The position numbers and the translations under genes were made by a program. From assembly GCA_019352195.1 (NCBI GenBank), contig JACAFG010000003.1:956-64955 (forward strand): a stretch of 64,000 nucleotides of DNA, given 5' to 3'. Under the pieces are notes generated by a model. It was not told where the DNA came from. It saw nothing but the letters and a program-made list of their open reading frames with translations, and made no database searches. Positions 58,779 to 64,000 of the stretch are shown piece by piece (within the stretch, counting starts at the first letter, position 1; every line of letters starts with the position of its first letter). Origin of the DNA: Candidatus Saccharimonadota bacterium. GTDB taxonomy: Bacteria > Patescibacteriota > Saccharimonadia > UBA4664.

Positions 58779-60860
58779 TTACGCTTTGGCGGCCGCGCGC
58801 TTACCGATAATTTCTTCGGCAACGTTACGAGGGACTTCCTCGTAATGGTCGAACTCCATCGTGTTAGAGCCACGACCTTGGGTCATCGATCGCAATTGAG
58901 TGGTGTAGCCAAACATCTCGGCGAGCGGAACAAAGGCATCGATAACCTTGGCATTACCTCGGTCTTCCATTTTTTCGATGCGGCCGCGCTTAGAGTTGAG
59001 GTCGCCAATGACATCACCCATAAACTCTTCGGCCACCACTACTTCTACCTTCATAATGGGCTCGAGGATGATTGGGTCAGCGAGCTTAGCAGCAGCTTGG
59101 AAAGCCATAGAGCCGGCAATTTTGAAGGCCATTTCGTTGGAGTCGACGTCGTGGAACGATCCATCGTAAATGCGGGCCTTGATGTCCACCATGGGGAAAC
59201 CGGCTGAAATACCGTTTTGCATGGCTTCTTTGACGCCGTCTTCGGTTGGCTTGATGAACTCGCGAGGTACGACTCCGCCGACGATGCCATTTTCCCACTC
59301 GTAACCGCCGCCCGGCTCCATTGGTGTCAGCTCGATCCAAACGTCGCCGTACTGGCCACGACCACCACTCTGGCGGACGAACTTACCTTGGGCCTTGGCA
59401 GCCTTCTTGATGGTCTCGCGGTAGGCGACCTGAGGCTTACCGACGTTAGCTTCAACCTTAAACTCACGCTTCATGCGGTCGACGAGAATGTCGAGGTGGA
59501 GTTCACCCATACCTTCGAGGATGGTCTGGTTGGTCTGCTCGTCGGTGTGGACGCGGAAGGTCGGGTCTTCTTCGCCGAGGCGCTGAAGAGCATTACCCAT
59601 TTTCTCTTGGTCGCTCTTGGTCTTTGGTTCAACGGCAATTGAGATAACCGGCTCAGGGAAGACAATTGATTCCAGAATAACCGGCTTGTCGACGTCACTA
59701 ATGGTGTTGCCGGTGGTCGTATTTTTAAGACCTACAGCAGCGGCAATTTCACCGGCGTGGACTTCTTGGACTTCTTCGCGGTCGTTGGCGTGCATGAGCA
59801 CGATTCGGCCGACGCGCTCGCGTTCGCCCGTGGAGGCGTTTAAGACGTAAGAACCACTCTTGAGAATACCCGAGTAAACCCGGAAGAAAGCCAGCTTACC
59901 AATGAACGGATCGGTGGCAATCTTGAAGGCTAGGCCCGAGAAAGGCTCCACATCGTCGGGCTTGCGCTCGAGCTCGGCGCCGGTCTTGGGATCGGTACCA
60001 AAGACGGGCCCAATGTCGATTGGGCTCGGCAAGAAGTCGTTAACGGCGTCTAAGAGCTTTTCAACGATTACGCCGCGACCATCGCCACCTGATACGGCAA
60101 AGAAGGTACCGGTGAGTACGCTCTTACGAATGCAGAGTTTAATTTCGTCAATGCTCAGCTCTTCGCCGTTCAAGTACTTTTCCAAAATGGCATCATCGGC
60201 TTCGACCGCGTTTTCGATGAGATGGCTGCGATAGTTAGTGGCTTTTTCGAGCATGTCGGCCGGGATCTCGCCTTCAATGAGCTCGTGATCGTGATATTCC
60301 TTGTAGGTGTAGGCTTTCATTTCGATGAGGTCGATGATGCCGTTGATTTCCTGCTCAAAACCGATCGGGAGGTGGATTGGGTAGGCGCGCTTACTTAAGC
60401 GCTCGTGAATTGAGTCCAAAGACTTGTAGAAGTCGCCGCCGGTTTGGTTGATCTTGTTGATAAAGCAGATGCGCGGGACGCCGTACTTGTCGGCCTGGCG
60501 CCAAACGGTCTCAGACTGAGGCTCCACGCCCATTTTACCGTCAAAAATGGTGACTGCACCGTCGAGCACGCGCAAGGAACGCTCGACTTCAACCGTAAAG
60601 TCGATGTGACCAGGCGTATCGATGATGTTGATACGCTTGCCCTTCCAAAAACAGGTAGTGGCAGCCGAGGTAATGGTGATGCCACGCTCTTGTTCTTGCT
60701 CCATCCAGTCCATGGTGGCTTCACCCTGGTGAACTTCACCAATTTTGTGGGTCTTACCGGTGCGATACAAAATACCCTCAGTGGTCGTCGTTTTACCGGC
60801 GTCAATATGAGCAATAATACCTACGTTACGAGTGTTTTCGAGAGAGTATTCACGGGCCAT
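58779..60860 (-). CDS. fusA: elongation factor G
   Basis: [20 protein letters not shown]. 693 aa. Confidence 0.95.
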   Translation of the reverse strand: MAREYSLENTRNVGIIAHIDAGKTTTTEGILYRTGKTHKIGEVHQGEATMDWMEQEQERGITITSAATTCFWKGKRINIIDTPGHIDFTVEVERSLRVLDGAVTIFDGKMGVEPQSETVWRQADKYGVPRICFINKINQTGGDFYKSLDSIHERLSKRAYPIHLPIGFEQEINGIIDLIEMKAYTYKEYHDHELIEGEIPADMLEKATNYRSHLIENAVEADDAILEKYLNGEELSIDEIKLCIRKSVLTGTFFAVSGGDGRGVIVEKLLDAVNDFLPSPIDIGPVFGTDPKTGAELERKPDDVEPFSGLAFKIATDPFIGKLAFFRVYSGILKSGSYVLNASTGERERVGRIVLMHANDREEVQEVHAGEIAAAVGLKNTTTGNTISDVDKPVILESIVFPEPVISIAVEPKTKSDQEKMGNALQRLGEEDPTFRVHTDEQTNQTILEGMGELHLDILVDRMKREFKVEANVGKPQVAYRETIKKAAKAQGKFVRQSGGRGQYGDVWIELTPMEPGGGYEWENGIVGGVVPREFIKPTEDGVKEAMQNGISAGFPMVDIKARIYDGSFHDVDSNEMAFKIAGSMAFQAAAKLADPIILEPIMKVEVVVAEEFMGDVIGDLNSKRGRIEKMEDRGNAKVIDAFVPLAEMFGYTTQLRSMTQGRGSNTMEFDHYEEVPRNVAEEIIGKRAAAKA

Positions 60861-60985
60861 GGTGGTAGTTGGTTATCCTTTATTGGGTTAGATCGGCGCA
60901 AATGAAAACAGCGCCGACGCACTGATTAGTTCAAATTGTACCTATATCTGTTACTAAACGCAAGGCGTGGCCACAAGATACGTCA

Positions 60986-61014
60986 TTGACGCGGGTTAGG
61001 GATTGCTGTAGAAT
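60986..61014 (+). promoter_or_regulatory. near-consensus sigma-70 promoter TTGACG - 17 nt - TAGAAT
   Basis: ttgacgcgggttagggattgctgtagaat lies about 85 nt upstream of the 61098 ORF. Confidence 0.5.
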
Positions 61015-61097
61015 TTCGGACGATTCAAGTTGCGCGGCAATTTGGTTCGCTCCACCTCATGTCTTTTCAATCCATCTATCGCGACCGAGAGGAACCC

Positions 61098-61313
61098 ATG
61101 AAGTGCAAGAATAGGAATAAGGGCTGTCATAATAATGGCTCGATGGCCAATGACGGCTACTGCGGACCATGCCACAGGAGAGCCTCTCCGACTGACAAAA
61201 GTGCTGCCAGAGCCCTTGGTGAGCTGTTCACCGCTCAGGCCCGCCAGGCCCGCGACAACAACACCACGTTCGGCCTCACTCCTCGACCGGCGCAGTCCAA
61301 GCGGTGGTGGTAA
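61098..61313 (+). CDS. small zinc-ribbon-like protein (MKCKNRNKGCHNNGSMANDGYCGPCH...)
   Basis: A CxxxxxC...CxxC arrangement. RBS GAGGAA before the ATG. The track ORF begins 13 codons earlier. Confidence 0.4.
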   Translation: MKCKNRNKGCHNNGSMANDGYCGPCHRRASPTDKSAARALGELFTAQARQARDNNTTFGLTPRPAQSKRWW

Positions 61314-61458
61314 CTGTAGTCACTTGGGCGCGTTTGCGTCATGACCGGCTCGCCGCTCGTTGTTCTTCCGTTCTTCGCCAACCCTGAGCTCCGGCTCGTT
61401 TTGGCAGCCCCGTCACTGTAATGGTGACGGGGTGATTTGTTTGTTAGTGATGATGGTT

Positions 61459-62375
61459 ACCCTGAATCTAAAAACCCCACCCCATCTGATATCCCAACAA
61501 GATCAGTACGTCATGCAACATGTAGCCGTCCCGGCTCCGCGGAAAAGAGCTGACTAAGTTTAGGTGTTCTTTCAGATAGTCAAAGGTGCATTCAACTTTC
61601 ACCCGGGCCGCCAGGAGCTTCTGTTGCCATCGGGCCATAACCTGGGCTTTCTGTTTGTAGTGAACGGGCGCCACTACGATGACACCCTGGTCTCGCCAGA
61701 GTCGTTTGCGGGCGATCTTATCACCGTAGTGGCTATCGCCGACCACGATCTTCGTCTCTGACCGTACCAGCCGGGGTGTAACGTGCCCGTCGTAGACATC
61801 GGCCGGTGTAAAGGTGACATTGCTGAGTCGTCCCTCCAGATCGACCGCAGCATGGATCTCAAATCCAAACCAGGCTCCTTGCCAGTTGTAGCCCCAGCCA
61901 GCGAGGCCAGCGGCGACTTTGTAGCGGTTCTGCCGGTGATCACGACACACCGGCAGTTTGGTGGAGTCCACCAGCCGCACTTCGGCCGGAACCAAGGGCT
62001 GCCCGAGGAGCTGGGGCAGCTTCGGCAACAGCCGGTGACAATGGGCCACAAATGCTCCATACGTACCAAGCTGTGGTACATCCGGATGATGGTACAGAAG
62101 GGCCCATTTGAAGATATCCTTGAGAGTACGCTGACAAGTATTAGAAAGACAGTTCCAGATGAGGAGGGTGATGATTTCACTGTTACGAGCCAGTTTGAGC
62201 CGGCCACCCTTCGGGCGGGCCGGCTCCGAAACGGTGTCGTCTATGACCACAAATAATCTACGATATGATGAGGCTGCAAAGAGCGCCTTTGGTATTCCTT
62301 GTTTGTGTTACAACTACAAGCTTACCAAGGCGCTTTTGCTTTGTTAACGGGTAATGAGGTTTTTAGATTCAGGGT
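61459..62375 (-). mobile_element. IS982-family insertion sequence (917 bp) with perfect 18-bp terminal inverted repeats ACCCTGAATCTAAAAACC
   Basis: Left IR 61459-61476 and right IR 62358-62375 are exact reverse complements. A single transposase ORF lies inside and ends within the IR. Confidence 0.8.
61468..62250 (-). CDS. IS982-family DDE transposase
   Basis: VDSTKLPVC ... FEIHAAVDLEGRL ... KVECTFDYLK. The DDE triad spacing and the C-terminal LLGYQ motif are typical of IS982. Confidence 0.75.
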   Translation of the reverse strand: MVIDDTVSEPARPKGGRLKLARNSEIITLLIWNCLSNTCQRTLKDIFKWALLYHHPDVPQLGTYGAFVAHCHRLLPKLPQLLGQPLVPAEVRLVDSTKLPVCRDHRQNRYKVAAGLAGWGYNWQGAWFGFEIHAAVDLEGRLSNVTFTPADVYDGHVTPRLVRSETKIVVGDSHYGDKIARKRLWRDQGVIVVAPVHYKQKAQVMARWQQKLLAARVKVECTFDYLKEHLNLVSSFPRSRDGYMLHDVLILLGYQMGWGF

Positions 62376-62465
62376 GGATATTGTTGATTTATTGCATCAT
62401 TCGTGGTATTAATTGCCTATCTCACGATTTACTCATGATCCACTCACCTTTGGAAAGGCCTACTT

Positions 62466-62888
62466 ATGAGTACACCGGGGGAGCTCCCCACAACTAGTAC
62501 CGATGAGATTCTCATCGTGGAAGCTGCCGGCATTCTCGGAGTCTCCACCGGCACCGTTTATTCCATGGTTCGGGACGGGCGCCTCATTCGCCGCACCAAT
62601 TCGCATGGTGGCCTGGTCTTCGTGCGCTCAGAGCTCGAAGCCACCCGGCTTGATCGCGACGAGCGAGCGCATGTCGATACCATCAGGGACAATTTGCCGG
62701 ACAGCCTCAGGGTTGCCCATGCCAAACTGCCGCGTACCACGATCTCCCCAGTGAGGTGGGCACCGAACGGTGACTACTCGAGCCTTCGTCTACCCAAAAT
62801 GATCTGGCGTACTGGGATGCCAGTGCCAGTATTTCTGCCGTCGTGCGGCGGCTCGAAAGGAATAGGTCATGAACGATCTCTCGTATAG
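62466..62888 (+). CDS. excisionase/MerR-type HTH (HTH_17) DNA-binding protein, paralog 1 (140 aa)
   Basis: ILIVEAAGILGVSTGTVYSMVRDGRLIRR. Confidence 0.6.
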   Translation: MSTPGELPTTSTDEILIVEAAGILGVSTGTVYSMVRDGRLIRRTNSHGGLVFVRSELEATRLDRDERAHVDTIRDNLPDSLRVAHAKLPRTTISPVRWAPNGDYSSLRLPKMIWRTGMPVPVFLPSCGGSKGIGHERSLV

Positions 62889-63093
62889 CGAAAATCTGCT
62901 CACTCCCGGTGAAGTGGCCTTATTGTTTCGGGTCGACCCCAAAACGGTCTCTCGTTGGGCCGCGGCCGGCCGCATTGGCTGCATCCGGACGCCCGGCGGA
63001 CATCGGCGTTTCCGTGAGAGTGAGGTCAACGCCTTGTTGGCCGTGCGTTTGAAGGGAGCAGCAGACGATGGATGCCAACTCGCCCCCGTCTGA
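62869..63093 (+). CDS. BldC-like small MerR-family regulator (HTH_17), paralog 2 (74 aa)
   Basis: LLTPGEVALLFRVDPKTVSRWAAAGRIGCIRTPGGHRRFRESEVNALLA closely matches the Streptomyces BldC core as I recall it (LLTPAEVATMFRVDPKTVTRWAKAGKL..IRTLGGHRRYREAEV). Confidence 0.6.
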   Translation: MNDLSYSENLLTPGEVALLFRVDPKTVSRWAAAGRIGCIRTPGGHRRFRESEVNALLAVRLKGAADDGCQLAPV

Positions 63094-63307
63094 TGACTAC
63101 GATTTTTTGACCACCACAGAAGCGGCCACAATCCTCCGAGTGAGCAAGGCCACCATCTGGCGTTTGATTGACTCGGGCCGGATGAAGGCTTATCGCGTTC
63201 GTCGATCCTGGCGTATTTCGCGAGCCGACCTCGAGGATTTCATCAAAGTCGGCCTGCACGATCCAGATAACGATCCCACTACGGCGTACGGAACGAGACA
63301 CTCATGA
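63068..63307 (+). CDS. excisionase-family HTH (HTH_17) DNA-binding protein, paralog 3 (79 aa)
   Basis: FLTTTEAATILRVSKATIWRLIDSGRMKAYRVRRSWRISRADLEDFIK. Confidence 0.65.
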   Translation: MDANSPPSDDYDFLTTTEAATILRVSKATIWRLIDSGRMKAYRVRRSWRISRADLEDFIKVGLHDPDNDPTTAYGTRHS

Positions 63308-63504
63308 CAAACCACACGTACTTGCCTGGGTGTTATCAAGAGACGCGCCTCACACCTGATCGTGGCGAAATTTCCATCATGTTCATGGCACGTCGCGGCC
63401 GTGAACCGCTGATAATGTGGCTCACTGCACTGTCTCGTCGTTGTTCCGAGGCAGAATGTTCGAACTTTTGTCCGGCCTCAGCCTGGTTTTGTTCCGTCCA
63501 CTAG
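63304..63504 (+). CDS. small Cys-rich ORF (66 aa) overlapping paralog 3 by ATGA
   Basis: Its position in the tightly overlapping cluster is the only support. Confidence 0.2.
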   Translation: MTNHTYLPGCYQETRLTPDRGEISIMFMARRGREPLIMWLTALSRRCSEAECSNFCPASAWFCSVH

Positions 63505-63567
63505 CTCTACGAGCTGTTGCCGCCGTCTGGCGCGTTGAACCAACGCCTCAGGCGGCGGTTCTTCGTT

Positions 63568-64000
63568 TTAGAGGCCAGCCGAACGTTGCGCCAGCTCGCC
63601 TGACAGCTTGTCGTAACCGCTCACCGTCATACACAAGATGACGTCACCGGCTTTAGCATCAGCAATAACCGTCTCAACGAGTTTGGCGCGGTCGGGCTCG
63701 TATGTTGTTGAGGCGCCAATGCCAGTTGCTACATCGGCTCCGCTAACCGAGGCTTCTTGCCCCGCTTCGCGCGCGCCTTCAATACCCGTGATATATGCTT
63801 TGTCGGCTTCGCCGAAGGCGTGCTGAAACTCGTGCAACAGCGTTTTGGTACGAGAATAGGTGTGAGGGCGGAAAATTGCGACAACTCGCCGACCGGCAAA
63901 ATGCAGTTTGGCCGCCTGAATGGTAGCCGCCACTTCAGTGGGGTGATGCGCGTAGTCATCGATAACGGTAACGGGTGACGTGGGCATCGAAACCACATTG
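63568..64000 (-). CDS. murC: Mur ligase C-terminal domain (MurC-like); N-terminus lies beyond the window end
   Basis: [20 protein letters not shown]...[19 protein letters not shown]...[13 protein letters not shown] matches the C-terminal domain pattern of UDP-N-acetylmuramate-L-alanine ligase. Confidence 0.6.
   Translation of the reverse strand, partial: NVVSMPTSPVTVIDDYAHHPTEVAATIQAAKLHFAGRRVVAIFRPHTYSRTKTLLHEFQHAFGEADKAYITGIEGAREAGQEASVSGADVATGIGASTTYEPDRAKLVETVIADAKAGDVILCMTVSGYDKLSGELAQRSAGL

Overview
Two strands of evidence dominate this window. First, a large reverse-strand ribosomal gene block runs from about 25.3 to 41.0 kb: rplC-rplD-rplW-rplB-rpsS-rplV-rpsC-rplP-rpmC-rpsQ-rplN-rplX-rplE-rpsN(Z-type)-rpsH-rplF-rplR-rpsE-rplO-secY ... 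infA-rpmJ-rpsM-rpsK-rpsD-rpoA-rplQ-rplM-rpsI. The elongation-factor pair fusA and tuf sits at 56.3 to 60.9 kb. There is no L30 gene (rpmD) between rpsE and rplO, and no adk or map between secY and infA. These absences, the Z-type S14 and the extended L22 and L24 fit a CPR/Patescibacteria-like (Saccharibacteria-like) or other L30-less lineage. That lineage call is inference from gene content only. Second, the canonical str/S10 arrangement is broken. rpsJ (S10) is an orphan gene at 52.5 kb. It is separated from rplC by about 11.5 kb of accessory DNA and from tuf by about 3.3 kb holding five uncharacterised genes. fusA and tuf are 1.3 kb apart instead of tens of bases, and that spacer is filled with GC-rich REP-like palindromes. 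rpsL and rpsG are absent upstream of fusA, where an IS982-family element with perfect 18-bp inverted repeats sits instead. Four tRNAs are present (Thr-TGT, Tyr-GTA, Thr-GGT, Trp-CCA). tRNA-Trp is not followed by secE-nusG; instead a roughly 3.7-kb compositionally mosaic island abuts its 3' end and carries a degenerate copy of that 3' end. The accessory DNA is rich in Actinobacteria-signature genes: a WhiB domain fused to an 860-aa extension, a BldC-like MerR regulator in a tandem triplet of Xis-type HTH genes, a TIGR03086/DinB-like protein, and KGG, SHOCT and HdeD stress genes. This would fit gene flow from an actinobacterial host. There are also at least five disrupted genes: a fragmented ABC exporter, a metallophosphoesterase with an in-frame TGA, a diacylglycerol kinase with an in-frame TAG, a frameshifted HExxH membrane protease, and a homopolymer-frameshifted gene. 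No CRISPR array and no rRNA were seen.
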